Shown: in pieces, positions 1 to 8,700 of the stretch
Layout: every line of letters starts with the position of its first letter
Position numbering within the stretch: the stretch's first letter is position 1
Source: a virus
Taxonomy: Duplodnaviria > Heunggongvirae > Uroviricota > Caudoviricetes
Virus record (IMG/VR): IMGVR_UViG_3300044719_000150
DNA length: 55,890 nt
Direction: 5' to 3' (one strand)
Translations under genes and position numbers: made by a program
The notes under the pieces: generated by a model
What the model was told of the DNA's origin: nothing
Database searches by the model: none
Seen by the model: the letters and a program-made list of their open reading frames with translations, nothing else

Positions 1-131
1 CCGGCGTCGGTGCTGTTGAACGCCATGGCCCATGGGCCAGCGACGATGAAAACCAGCAGCACGACGACGAACGCGAGAATTCCGCATCCGACCTTGGCGG
101 CGTAGTTGTCGGAGTTCGAGTAAGAACTCAT
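1..131 (-). CDS. Membrane protein, N-terminal part only (runs off the window edge); possibly SPFH/band-7-like
   Basis: Manual translation MSSYSNSDNYAAKVGCGILAFVVVLLVFIVAGPWAMAFNSTDAG; GAGAGGGGGAG RBS upstream; one TM helix. Confidence 0.55.
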   Translation of the reverse strand, partial: MSSYSNSDNYAAKVGCGILAFVVVLLVFIVAGPWAMAFNSTDA

Positions 132-170
132 CTAACTCCCCCTCTCATTAGTTGGGTTTCCTCCTGCTCC

Positions 171-269
171 CCCAGGCGCAACCTACGTGGTCTTACGAGG
201 GGTTCATGGCCTGGGAAATCTAAGTGCGCGGCGGTTGAGGAGTAGGTTTCGTGCGCCTTTTGGCCGCGC
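171..269 (-). ncRNA. Two tigRNA-like guide units (226-269 and 171-215)
   Basis: Minus strand: GCGCGG-CCA-aaaggcgca-CG-aaac-CTA-ctcctcaac-CG-CCGCGC and CCCAGG-CCA-tgaacccct-CG-taaga-CCA-cgtaggttg-CG-CCTGGG; both closed by perfect 6-bp stems. Confidence 0.85.
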
Positions 270-274
270 GGGGA

Positions 275-286
275 CTAACGTATCAC
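275..286 (-). promoter_or_regulatory. Recurrent motif GTGATACGTTAG (extended -10-like, TGnTACGTT) upstream of guide units
   Basis: Exact motif, 5 nt upstream of unit 226-269; overlaps the TGA stop of 283-588. Confidence 0.7.
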
Positions 287-588
287 GGCTCCGGTTCGTC
301 GTCCAGCTCGGGTCGGATCTCACGCCAGAGAGTTCTGCGGGCATGACCCTTAGCCATGCCCATCAGCCCCTCCAAGAGCTGCTGCTGGAACATCAGGTTC
401 TCACGCAGCGCGGGCAGCACCACGGGGATCTTCTCCCACGGCACCATGAACGAGGTGGGCATGTCCTCGGGCAGCTCGGCGGGGTCTCCCTCGTATACGG
501 CCTCGTAGTCGTTTCCTTCGGTGCGCGCCTGCTCCAGCTCGCGAATGACGCGCTTGTAGTGTTCGATCGAGTCCACAAGGTCACCCAT
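283..588 (-). CDS. Hypothetical protein
   Basis: 101-aa ORF overlapping the end of the Thg1 gene, same strand. Confidence 0.7.
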   Translation of the reverse strand: MGDLVDSIEHYKRVIRELEQARTEGNDYEAVYEGDPAELPEDMPTSFMVPWEKIPVVLPALRENLMFQQQLLEGLMGMAKGHARRTLWREIRPELDDEPEP

Positions 589-1408
589 GGAACAGCTCCG
601 GCCGCCCCAGGTCCCGCAGAACCTCCGGCGGGAAGTACTCCCGCACCGCCGCGTCCACCGTGGACTGTGACGGACCGCCGAATGAGGGCATCTCCGGAAT
701 ACGCCCCACCAGCCAGTTGTCCGGCTGCGCCTCGAACAGCGGCGCGGCGTCGAAGCGCCAGTAGGAGCCGGTGTCCGTGTCCGTGCGGGTGCAGACCTGT
801 CCGTAGCGGGTCGAGCGCGGGTAGTCCTCGAAGATCACCTGGCGGTCGCGCGCCAGCATCGTGATCATCTGCTCGCGGTTCTTGCCGTACAACTCAGAGA
901 CCGAGAAGTGCGCCTGCGCCGCCATCGACACCGCGTTGCGGTACGCGTCGCGCTGGCGCCACACGAAGTAGTTCGCCACCTCCACCGGGTTCGGCAGGGC
1001 GAACACCCGCGCGTCGAACGCCAGGTAGTGCGGCAGGTCATGCAGCTGGCGCTGAATCGCCAGGGACACCGAGGCGATACCGGCGCTTACCGAGGCGATC
1101 TTCTGTGTCCGGCCACCGAACCACGGCTGCTGCGTGAACTCCTCATAGGCGCACACCAACACGCTGATCTCATCGGACTGCTGATAGGCCAGCACCGCAC
1201 CCTGCACCTCGCGGCACAGATCCTGCATCACGTGGCCCATCATCTCCACGAAGCGCATGTCGTACGGTTTGTCCGCCGTCCGCAGCAGGGAGTGCGCCGC
1301 GCGCACGTCCACCCGGACCACGAAGGGCAGGTAGCGCGTCAGGGTGCTGCCGGTCGCGGCCTCGTACGCCTTCATCCGGTCGCCGAGCGCGGTCCCGTCA
1401 CCAGCCAT
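581..1408 (-). CDS. thg1: tRNA-His guanylyltransferase / Thg1-like 3'-5' polymerase
   Basis: DRMKAYE, VVRVD-x-R-x-x-H, YQQSDEISV, FGGRTQKIAS, AFDARVF, NYFVWRQRDAYRNAVS match the Thg1 family; start reassigned to ATG 1408. Confidence 0.9.
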   Translation of the reverse strand: MAGDGTALGDRMKAYEAATGSTLTRYLPFVVRVDVRAAHSLLRTADKPYDMRFVEMMGHVMQDLCREVQGAVLAYQQSDEISVLVCAYEEFTQQPWFGGRTQKIASVSAGIASVSLAIQRQLHDLPHYLAFDARVFALPNPVEVANYFVWRQRDAYRNAVSMAAQAHFSVSELYGKNREQMITMLARDRQVIFEDYPRSTRYGQVCTRTDTDTGSYWRFDAAPLFEAQPDNWLVGRIPEMPSFGGPSQSTVDAAVREYFPPEVLRDLGRPELFHG

Positions 1409-2234
1409 AGGGCAGCACATCCTTCGAACCGGCCATGGTCCGCACGCGCGGCTTCTCACCCCGGTAGCGGATGAAGATCGAACCCGCCATGGTATTCGCG
1501 TCGATAACGCCGTCCCCATCCCTGATGGTGATGCCGCCAGACATCGTCTTGGCGATGACACCGCCGAAGGCCTGCTGGATCTTGATGCTGCCAGCCATGG
1601 TGTTCGCGTAGAGAGTCCCCAAGGACCGCTCCACATGTATCGATCCGGATTCGGTCACGGCACGGACAGACGCGGCGGTGGCGATACGCACGGAGCCGCT
1701 CACGATGTTGGCGGTCACATGCCCGAGGTCTCCCTGAGTTTCGAGGTAGCCCGACGAGCAGTCGAACTTCACTTCCGAGCCGCTTGGCACCAGTGCCGAG
1801 ATGACGTACTTGGGGGCGCGCACGCCGTTCACGGTGGTGACACCGTTCGTGGTCTGGATGCTGACACCGCCGCGACTGGTATAGTTGCCGTCCTCCCGCA
1901 GCCGCAGGATGAGGCGGTCGCCGTCCTGTCGCAACTCCATGGCTTCGAAAGCCGGGTGTCGCGCGTCCAGCGGCTCGCCTTCGATCGTGACGCGCACCGA
2001 GGCGCGGGGCACATCGTCGCCGACCACCACAAGCCCCGTCGCAAGCGTCGAGACGTCGAGCTTGATCGGGCCGGGGAAGTTGGCGGTCAGGACGCGCTCG
2101 TGGGACGACCCGCGCGGCGGCGCGTCTTCCGGCTCGGAGGGCCGGGCATCCTCGGGCTCCTGATGAGGACGAGCATCCTGTGGGCCGAGCGCCGCGCCGA
2201 TGAGCCCTTCGACGAGCTTCAGGAAATCGGTCAA
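1398..2234 (-). CDS. DUF4097-like beta-strand repeat protein
   Basis: Repeated T(M/E)(A/S)G(S/G)I motifs in the C-terminal half; TTG start with AAGGGGG RBS. Confidence 0.7.
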   Translation of the reverse strand: MTDFLKLVEGLIGAALGPQDARPHQEPEDARPSEPEDAPPRGSSHERVLTANFPGPIKLDVSTLATGLVVVGDDVPRASVRVTIEGEPLDARHPAFEAMELRQDGDRLILRLREDGNYTSRGGVSIQTTNGVTTVNGVRAPKYVISALVPSGSEVKFDCSSGYLETQGDLGHVTANIVSGSVRIATAASVRAVTESGSIHVERSLGTLYANTMAGSIKIQQAFGGVIAKTMSGGITIRDGDGVIDANTMAGSIFIRYRGEKPRVRTMAGSKDVLPYGW

Positions 2235-2255
2235 GTTAGCCCCCTTCTCGTTGGC

Positions 2256-2299
2256 GCACGGCGGACATGATCTGGCTTTCGACTTCTTTTTGGCCGCGC
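2256..2299 (-). ncRNA. tigRNA-like guide unit
   Basis: GCGCGG-CCA-aaaagaagt-CG-aaag-CCA-gatcatgtc-CG-CCGTGC; 6-bp stem with one G-U. Confidence 0.85.
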
Positions 2300-2306
2300 T
2301 GCGGGA

Positions 2307-2318
2307 CTAACGTAGCAC
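2307..2318 (-). promoter_or_regulatory. Recurrent motif GTGCTACGTTAG
   Basis: One mismatch to consensus; 7 nt upstream of unit 2256-2299. Confidence 0.7.
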
Positions 2319-2425
2319 GCGCATGACGAAGACCGCAACACCCTCCGCGAGAAAAGAGCGCGAACCACGTATCGTACACACCTGAAATAGCCTATCTTGA
2401 TTAAAGAACGACAACAGGAGGATAC

Positions 2426-2605
2426 GTGGAGAACGAGGAAGAGAAATTCGATCAGGTCATCACCCCGGCCATGCAGACCGCCATCTCCTCGCACGAGATG
2501 TTCAGCGCACTGGTCGCCGCCGGGTTTGCCAAGCATGAGGCGCTCCAGATCGTCATCGGCATGCTGACCGCCGGACCGCGCAACGGAGGTGGGGATGATG
2601 ACTGA
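2426..2605 (+). CDS. Small hypothetical protein (59 aa; not in the ORF track)
   Basis: GTG start after CAGGAGG; MENEEEKFDQVITPAMQTAISSHEMFSALVAAGFAKHEALQIVIGMLTAGPRNGGGDDD. Confidence 0.65.
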   Translation: MENEEEKFDQVITPAMQTAISSHEMFSALVAAGFAKHEALQIVIGMLTAGPRNGGGDDD

Positions 2606-2789
2606 CGAGCCGATCATCGCGTTCGGTGCGCCCTACCACGTGGACGACACCCGCGTGATGTTCTGCCAGCACGGCCAGCGCTGGTGCGGATGGGTGCGTA
2701 CGAGCAACAACGCCACCGACCACGAGCGCTACACCGAAGAGCGCAACAAGCACGAGAGGAACTGCAAGGGAGGGCTGATCCTGCTGTGA
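2598..2789 (+). CDS. Small hypothetical protein
   Basis: Overlaps the previous gene; its stop overlaps the next start (TGATG). Confidence 0.55.
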   Translation: MTDEPIIAFGAPYHVDDTRVMFCQHGQRWCGWVRTSNNATDHERYTEERNKHERNCKGGLILL

Positions 2790-3259
2790 TGCTCAACCAC
2801 CTGACCGAACTGGCCCGCGCCCGCGCATGGCTGCCGGAACCGGAGGAGCGCAGGCGCATCCGCATCGAAGCCGGGATGACCATCAAGGCCCTGGCGGACT
2901 ACATCGGCATCTCGGTGAGCGCGATGAACTCGCTGGAGCGCGCCGAGCACCCCAGCGACAAGCATCTGGTCAAGTATGTCACAGCGCTCAAGGCATTGGA
3001 CGGCCCGTCAAAGTCGCCCCAGCAGTCCGGTCTGACGCCCGAGGAGGTCACGGAGCTGCGCGGACGCTGGGAGGAGCACGCCTGCGGATCCTGCGGCGGC
3101 CTGCACACCACTGCTGTCAAGGCTCCCGGATCGTGCCCGCGTATCAAGCGGATCGCCTACGACGCCCAGGGCCGTATGCTCGAAGTCGAATACTGGCCGG
3201 AAGGTAAATGGCCGAAGGACGGCATCATCTGGCCCGACGAGCTGGTGGCAGAGGAGTAG
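2789..3259 (+). CDS. XRE-family HTH regulator with a C-terminal Cys/His-containing domain
   Basis: RRRIRIEAGMTIKALADYIGISVSAMNSLER is an HTH_3 pattern; followed by HACGSCGGLH...CPR. Confidence 0.8.
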   Translation: MLNHLTELARARAWLPEPEERRRIRIEAGMTIKALADYIGISVSAMNSLERAEHPSDKHLVKYVTALKALDGPSKSPQQSGLTPEEVTELRGRWEEHACGSCGGLHTTAVKAPGSCPRIKRIAYDAQGRMLEVEYWPEGKWPKDGIIWPDELVAEE

Positions 3260-3305
3260 CCCGGCGCGGTCTCGGCATGGAATTCGTGGGACATTGGGCG
3301 CCGGG
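3260..3305 (-). ncRNA. tigRNA-like guide unit, convergent with the HTH gene
   Basis: CCCGGCG-CCC-aatgtccca-CG-aatt-CCA-tgccgagac-CG-CGCCGGG; perfect 7-bp stem. Confidence 0.8.
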
Positions 3306-3310
3306 CGAGA

Positions 3311-3322
3311 ATAAAGTAGCAC
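3311..3322 (-). promoter_or_regulatory. Motif variant GTGCTACTTTAT (extended -10-like)
   Basis: TGnTAnnnT retained; 5 nt upstream of unit 3260-3305. Confidence 0.6.
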
Positions 3323-3329
3323 GGGCGAC

Positions 3330-3560
3330 GTGACATTGACGAATCATGGCGCTACGATAACCACGATGGGAGTATTGGCGATGGAAATCCCCCTGCGCGC
3401 CAAGTACCTTTCCGCCTCCGCGAAGAACACTCGCTCCACGTCGAGCACCTCCGGCGTGTCGAAAAAGAAGCGCAAGGGTGGCGCCGCCAAGGTCGCCCCG
3501 ACGCGTACTCGCGTGCTGGTCCTCGTGGACGGTCGCCGCAGGTCGTGGACCTGGCGCTGA
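3330..3560 (+). CDS. Small basic hypothetical protein (start uncertain)
   Basis: Lys-rich ORF; GTGACA-N17-TACGAT promoter-like sequence at about 3330-3358 suggests a later ATG start. Confidence 0.4.
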   Translation: MTLTNHGATITTMGVLAMEIPLRAKYLSASAKNTRSTSSTSGVSKKKRKGGAAKVAPTRTRVLVLVDGRRRSWTWR

Positions 3561-3563
3561 GCC

Positions 3564-3595
3564 AAGCGGCCCCTGCCCCCTTCCAGGGGCCGCTT
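3564..3595. terminator. 12-bp hairpin between convergent transcription units
   Basis: AAGCGGCCCCTG-N8-CAGGGGCCGCTT. Confidence 0.7.
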
Positions 3596-3600
3596 CCCTT

Positions 3601-3675
3601 CCGCGCGTCCGAAGTATGGGTGCCGGGAGCTGGATGGCGCGGCAGTTCATTGGGTTACGTGCGTGCCATGGCGCC
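3601..3675 (-). ncRNA. Two abutting tigRNA-like units (34-nt period) directly after the stop of 3675-4301
   Basis: GGCG-CCA-tggcacgca-CG-taac-CCA-atgaactgc-CG-cg-CCA-tccagctcc-CG-gcac-CCA-tacttcgga-CG-CGCGG. Confidence 0.85.
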
Positions 3676-4301
3676 TAGTCGCGAACCGCGTCAACGATTG
3701 CTCGGCCGACCCGCTCCCTGGTCTTCTCCTCGATCCCGTCGAGAAATGCCTCCATCTGGGGCATGCTGAATGTGAAGGACGGCTGGCTCTGACCCCAGAC
3801 GTTGCCAGTCTCAGCGTAGGTGCGTCGTTGATCCATGGGCTCCAGGTACTGGTTGAGCCTCGTGACGGCCTCGTTATAGCGTCGAGTGCGCGCGTTATCG
3901 ATCATCTTGGCTCGGTCGCGCTCGGCTTCCCGCTGCTCCCGGACCTCTCGCCATGGGCCCTTGAGAGGCGTCAGGCTGAACAGTAGGTCGAGCCGACCCA
4001 CTGTCCCGCCGGGAACTTTCCCGGTCGCCAGAACGGCGTCGAGGACGGCCTGCCGGTCTACTTGCTCCAGCTCCTCGCCGACGCCTCGCAGGACCAGGTA
4101 GCCGGTCTGCCGGGTGCCGCTGCTGAGGAAGCGGCTCTTCGCCTTGTATACGCGCACCTCTCGGCCGACGGCGATCTCGTATCGGCCGCCGTCGTGACGG
4201 CCGAAGGTCTGCGTCACGAGCTTTGTGGTGAGCAGGAGTGCCGCCTCGGAATAGGCGCCGAAGGCGTAGATACCGCCGGGCACCAGATCGTCTTTGCGCA
4301 A
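3675..4301 (-). CDS. Hypothetical protein
   Basis: 208-aa ORF, TTG start after AGAGGAG. Confidence 0.75.
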   Translation of the reverse strand: MRKDDLVPGGIYAFGAYSEAALLLTTKLVTQTFGRHDGGRYEIAVGREVRVYKAKSRFLSSGTRQTGYLVLRGVGEELEQVDRQAVLDAVLATGKVPGGTVGRLDLLFSLTPLKGPWREVREQREAERDRAKMIDNARTRRYNEAVTRLNQYLEPMDQRRTYAETGNVWGQSQPSFTFSMPQMEAFLDGIEEKTRERVGRAIVDAVRD

Positions 4302-4373
4302 AGTGATCTCCTCTCGGTCGGGGCTGTCACGGATACGTTAGTCCATGACTGGCGCAGTGTCAAGTGTGAAAAG

Positions 4374-4422
4374 CCCGGCGGCGCGGCCACCTTGGGTGAC
4401 GGATGCCTACGGAGCCGCCGGG
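4374..4422 (-). ncRNA. tigRNA-like unit with a degenerate first box, followed by TTTT; probably also terminates the RNA ligase transcript
   Basis: CCCGGCGG-ctcc-gtaggcatc-CG-tcac-CCA-aggtggccg-CG-CCGCCGGG-cTTTT. Confidence 0.65.
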
Positions 4423-4428
4423 ACGCTC

Positions 4429-5523
4429 TCACTCGTACTCGGTCGCGCCCTTGCGCTCCAGGTATGCGTCACTCACGAACTTCGCGATCATCCGGCCGCC
4501 GAGCACATCCGAGTACTGCTCGACCCACGGTCGCACCACGACGCCCTCGCGCAGCGTGCCAGGGTCGAGCCTGCTCTCCCGCTGGTTCGCCAGCCCCGCG
4601 ATCAAGTCGTAGTCGTACGGGCCCGTGTAGATGACCGGCGCAGTGGGAATACCGGCCGCCTTCGCGTCCTCCCATACGTCCAGCTGGTCGCGCCAGTATC
4701 GCCTGCCGTTCAGGCTCACAGCGATGTCGAACAGCACGTAGCCGAGCGTTTTGTCGCTGCTGGCGTCCGCGCCGTAGTGCAAGTCTTGCACGCCCTTGCC
4801 GTACACCTCGCCGAACAGGCCAATTGCGTCCACCTTCAGCTTGGCGCACAACTGCTGCGCGAACTCGAACAGCCTGTAACGGCGCACCGCGCGCCAGTAG
4901 ACGTTGCGCGTGTCCTCCTGGAGCGCCAGCGACTGTGCACCGACCCCCTTCGATGAGACGTACTCCCGCCCGTCGGCAGTCACCGTATAGAGGCAACACG
5001 TGCCGTGGATCTTCTCCGTGGCCGTCACCTGCATACCGGGCTGGAAGATCGTCGGGTAGCGCTTGATGTTCTCGATCTCGATCCAGCGCAGCAGGTCCGG
5101 CGCAGGCTCGACCTGACCGGCCATGCCGACCGGGATCGGCGGCACCCACTTGGTGATGCCAAGACGCTCGGCATAGTCCGCCTCGTGGCCCGGCGCGATG
5201 CTCGGGAAATTCTTGAACACGGCCCAGTCGATCGCTGCTGCCTTCGGGCGGCAGACGATGCCCTGCGACAACTCGCCGCGCAAGCGCACGGCCTTGACGC
5301 GGTTCTTATCCTTGCCCGCGAGCCTGCCGACCAGCCCCAGCTCCTCGATCAGCTCGGGCGGCAGGACGGCCTGCTCCGGGATGTAAAGCGCGTAGTCGCC
5401 CGTCTTGTAAACGCCCTTGCCGACGACGGCGCGGAACAGACCCACCTGGGCCAGCTCCAGCGCGTCCGCGTTGGGGTGCTCGAAGATCTCCAGGCGCTCG
5501 ATCGTGACCTTCAGGTCGCTCAA
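4429..5523 (-). CDS. RNA ligase, DRB0094/Rnl5 family
   Basis: N-terminal OB module HPNADALELAQV...YIPEQAVLP; motif I TEKIHGT; FGEVYG, EGVVV and AKFVSDAYL; TTG start at 5523 after AAAGGAGG. Confidence 0.9.
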   Translation of the reverse strand: MSDLKVTIERLEIFEHPNADALELAQVGLFRAVVGKGVYKTGDYALYIPEQAVLPPELIEELGLVGRLAGKDKNRVKAVRLRGELSQGIVCRPKAAAIDWAVFKNFPSIAPGHEADYAERLGITKWVPPIPVGMAGQVEPAPDLLRWIEIENIKRYPTIFQPGMQVTATEKIHGTCCLYTVTADGREYVSSKGVGAQSLALQEDTRNVYWRAVRRYRLFEFAQQLCAKLKVDAIGLFGEVYGKGVQDLHYGADASSDKTLGYVLFDIAVSLNGRRYWRDQLDVWEDAKAAGIPTAPVIYTGPYDYDLIAGLANQRESRLDPGTLREGVVVRPWVEQYSDVLGGRMIAKFVSDAYLERKGATEYE

Positions 5524-5692
5524 TTCGCCTCCTTTCGCGTCTCGGTGAGCAAGTGCTCTCCGAATTCCAGATGCACGCCGGTGGTACTGGACCAGGTCCG
5601 GGACCGCCATCGGCCGCATGCGCAACAACCCCATGAGCCGTGACGGCCAGAACGGTATAGCACTGGCTCGTGTTCGCTCATGCCAACTCCCC

Positions 5693-5734
5693 GTCGGCGT
5701 AGACATCTTGGATCTTGAGAAGTGAATGGCCGAC
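5693..5734 (-). ncRNA. tigRNA-like guide unit
   Basis: GTCGG-CCA-ttcacttct-CA-agat-CCA-agatgtcta-CG-CCGAC. Confidence 0.8.
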
Positions 5735-5738
5735 CGGA

Positions 5739-5750
5739 CTAACGTATCAC
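5739..5750 (-). promoter_or_regulatory. Recurrent motif GTGATACGTTAG
   Basis: Exact motif 4 nt upstream of unit 5693-5734 and about 20 nt before the divergent portal start. Confidence 0.7.
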
Positions 5751-5769
5751 AGAACGGGTGGGGGTGTCC

Positions 5770-8700
5770 ATGTCGAGTGAGGACGCCCGCAAGCTGCTCT
5801 CCAGCCTCAAGGCGATGAAGCCGAGCCAGGCGACCATCGGCTCCGGCTACGGCGTGCCAGGCGGCACCTACGCGCAGGGCATGTCCCCGCTGGTGGCCAA
5901 CTATGCCATGCCCGGCATGCCGTACGGCGAGCGCACCTACGGCACCGCGCTGCCGCGCGACCCGCGCGAGTTCCTCTCCGGCATGTTCTCCCCGCTCTCC
6001 CCGATCCAGCCGGTCGCCATCGACCAGCCGCGCCCCGGTTTCGAGCGGCCCGAGCCCCGCGACTTCGAATACCCGGTCTCCTGGAACATGCCGATCGGCA
6101 TTCCAGGTTCCGAGGGTCTGAAGCTCGCGAGTTTCGCGAACCTGCGCTCGATCGCGGACATCTACTCCGTCGCCCGCGCCTGCATCAAGCTTCGCATTCA
6201 GGAAATCCTCGGCCTGGAGTGGGACATCATTCCCACCAAGGACGCGGAAAAGAACATGCGCGGCGACGACGGAAAGCACAAGGATTTCCAGAAGCGCCGC
6301 GCTGAGGCGATGAAGTTCTGGCGCAACCCCGACCCGACATACGGCTCGTTCGAGTCCTGGCTCAGCGCGATCCTCGAAGACATCCTCGTCATCGACGCGC
6401 TTTCCCTGTACCTGCACCCCAGCAGGATGCGGGGCAAGGGCTTGCTGGGTTCGGACGTCGCGGCCGTCGAGATCATCGCGGGCGAGACCATCAGGCCCCT
6501 GCTGGACGTGTCCGGCGGACGGCCCAAGCCGCCCAACCCCGCCTACCAGCAGTACATGTACGGCGTTCCGCGCGCCGACCTGATGACGGTCATCGACCAC
6601 GAAGACCTGCCCGAGGGCATGTCCGAGTCGATGGTGGCCGAGTACCGGGGCGACCAGCTGCTCTACCTGCCATATTTCCGCCGCTCGTGGACGCCGTACG
6701 GCTACTCCCCCGTGGAGCAGGCCCTGATTCCGGCCATGATGGGAATCCAGCGGCAGAGCTGGCAGCTGGACACGTACTCCGAGGGCTCGGTGCCTGCGGT
6801 ATTCATCTCCGCCGGTGACACCAATGCCACTCCGAACCAGTTGCGCGAATTGCAGGACGCACTGAACGCAATGGCCGGAGACCCCGCCTGGAAGCACAAG
6901 ATCATCGTTCTTCCGGGCGGCTCGAAGATCGATCCGATGAAGCCCCAGGCTCTCGCGGACGCTTTCGACGAGATCATGATGACGCAGATGTGCATGGCGT
7001 TCGACGTGATGCCGATGGAACTCGGAATCTCACCGAAGGTCTCCACCTCGCAGTCCCCCGGCGCGGCCAACCAGATGGCTAAGGCCTCTGAGAAGGTCAA
7101 CCAGCGCAAGGCCCTTCGCCCCATGCTCAAGTGGTTGAAGGCAAGCGTCTTCGACTTCGTGATGCAGAAGGTCTGCAAGCAGCCCGACATGCAGTTTATG
7201 TGGGAAGGCCTGGAGGAGGGCGTCGATGAGGAGTCCCAGGTCGGCCTGCTGATCCAGGAGATCAGTTTCGGCCTGCGCTCCATCGACGAGGCGCGTATCC
7301 AGCGCGGCGAACAGCCGTGGGGCCTGCCCATGACGTCAGACCCCGTATATGCCACCCCCAACGGCCTGATGCCGATCGGCTCGATCGACCCGCAGACCGG
7401 CATGCCCGCCGCCCTCCAGCCGGAGGTCGCGCCGGGCTCCGCGCTACCGGGCGCGAACATGCCCAACGGCGCGCTGGCGGGCACCACGCCCAGCGGCAAC
7501 CCGTCCTCGGCGCGCACCGTCAAGCCGGGCAAGCCGAACCGGCTGCCGACCGCCTCCGTGCCGGGCCCCAAGGCCAAGCCGGTCGCGAACACGGCCCCCA
7601 GCCAGAAGCCGGTGGCCTCCGGACCGCGCGTCAGCCCCGCCCACACCTCGCAGGGCTCGTCCACCAAAAGCGAGAAGGTCAGCAAGGCGTCGGTGAACTA
7701 CCGCGAGGGCTCCCCGGCCCGCCATTGCGGAAACTGCTCCATGTACCGGCTCAACCCGCCGGACTTCGAATCGGGCGCCTGCACGCTGGTCGAGGGCATC
7801 ATCGAAGAGACGATGGTGTGCGACCGCTGGGCCCGCGAGTCCGGCCGCACCGCCAAGGGCATCGACACCAAGGCCGCGCTCAAGGAGCTGGACCTGGTCC
7901 GGCGCCAACTCAAGGCCGGTAGGTCCATCACTGAATGGCAGGTCAAGGATCTGCCGCAGCAGGTGATCGACGAACTGCGTGCCGACCTGCCCTACATGGA
8001 CCTGGCCGAGGCCGTCACGAAGGCCCGCGACAGCGTCTACAAGCTGGCCAAGGCCCGCGCCGGTCAGGGTACTGCGGACCGCGAGGCCGCGATCGGCCAT
8101 GTGCAGTCCCGCGTCGCCTCCGAGCTGCGCAGGCTGTGCGACGGCGTGGAGAACGGCAAGCTGTCCACCGCCGACTTCCTGGCGGGCGCCACGCAGGTGA
8201 TGCGTACCGGACTGCGCGCGGGCCTCCAGGCCGGTGCCAACGCCGCCGTGGACCAGATGCGCGCCGAGAAGCGCATGGCGCTGCGGTTCCAGGGCGAGAC
8301 CTGGCGCAACATCGTCAAGGACGATGGCGGGGAGTCGGACGGCTACAACGACGTGCTCGACTCGGGCACGCCGTATAGCGACTACCTCGACATGGTGGCC
8401 GGTCGCGAGGCCGAGCGCCAGTCCGGGTATCTCAGCGGCCTGCTTCAGGACATCCTGGCGGCCTTCGGGATGAAGGACTGGCTGGACAACCTCTCCAGCC
8501 GCCTCGACCTGTACGCCGCACAGGTGCGCTCCGCCTACGAGCAGGGTTACGGCACCACGTACGCGGCGATGAACCCTGACGGTGTGATCTACACCTGGTA
8601 CGTCACCTCGGACAAGCCGTGCAAGCTGTGCCTGAACCGCGACGGTCAGCAGTTCACCGAGGACCAGCTGCCGGGATTCCCCGGACAGGGCGGTTTCGGC

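Noticed and set aside
6618-6629. 12-nt match CATGTCCGAGTC in the portal gene to the predicted target of guide 53403
   Set aside because: The rest of the 18-mer mismatches; about one such match is expected by chance across 28 guides.
5524-6897. Upstream 458 codons of the 822-aa minus-strand ORF 4429-6897
   Set aside because: Antisense shadow of the portal gene; the ligase starts at TTG 5523 with a strong RBS.
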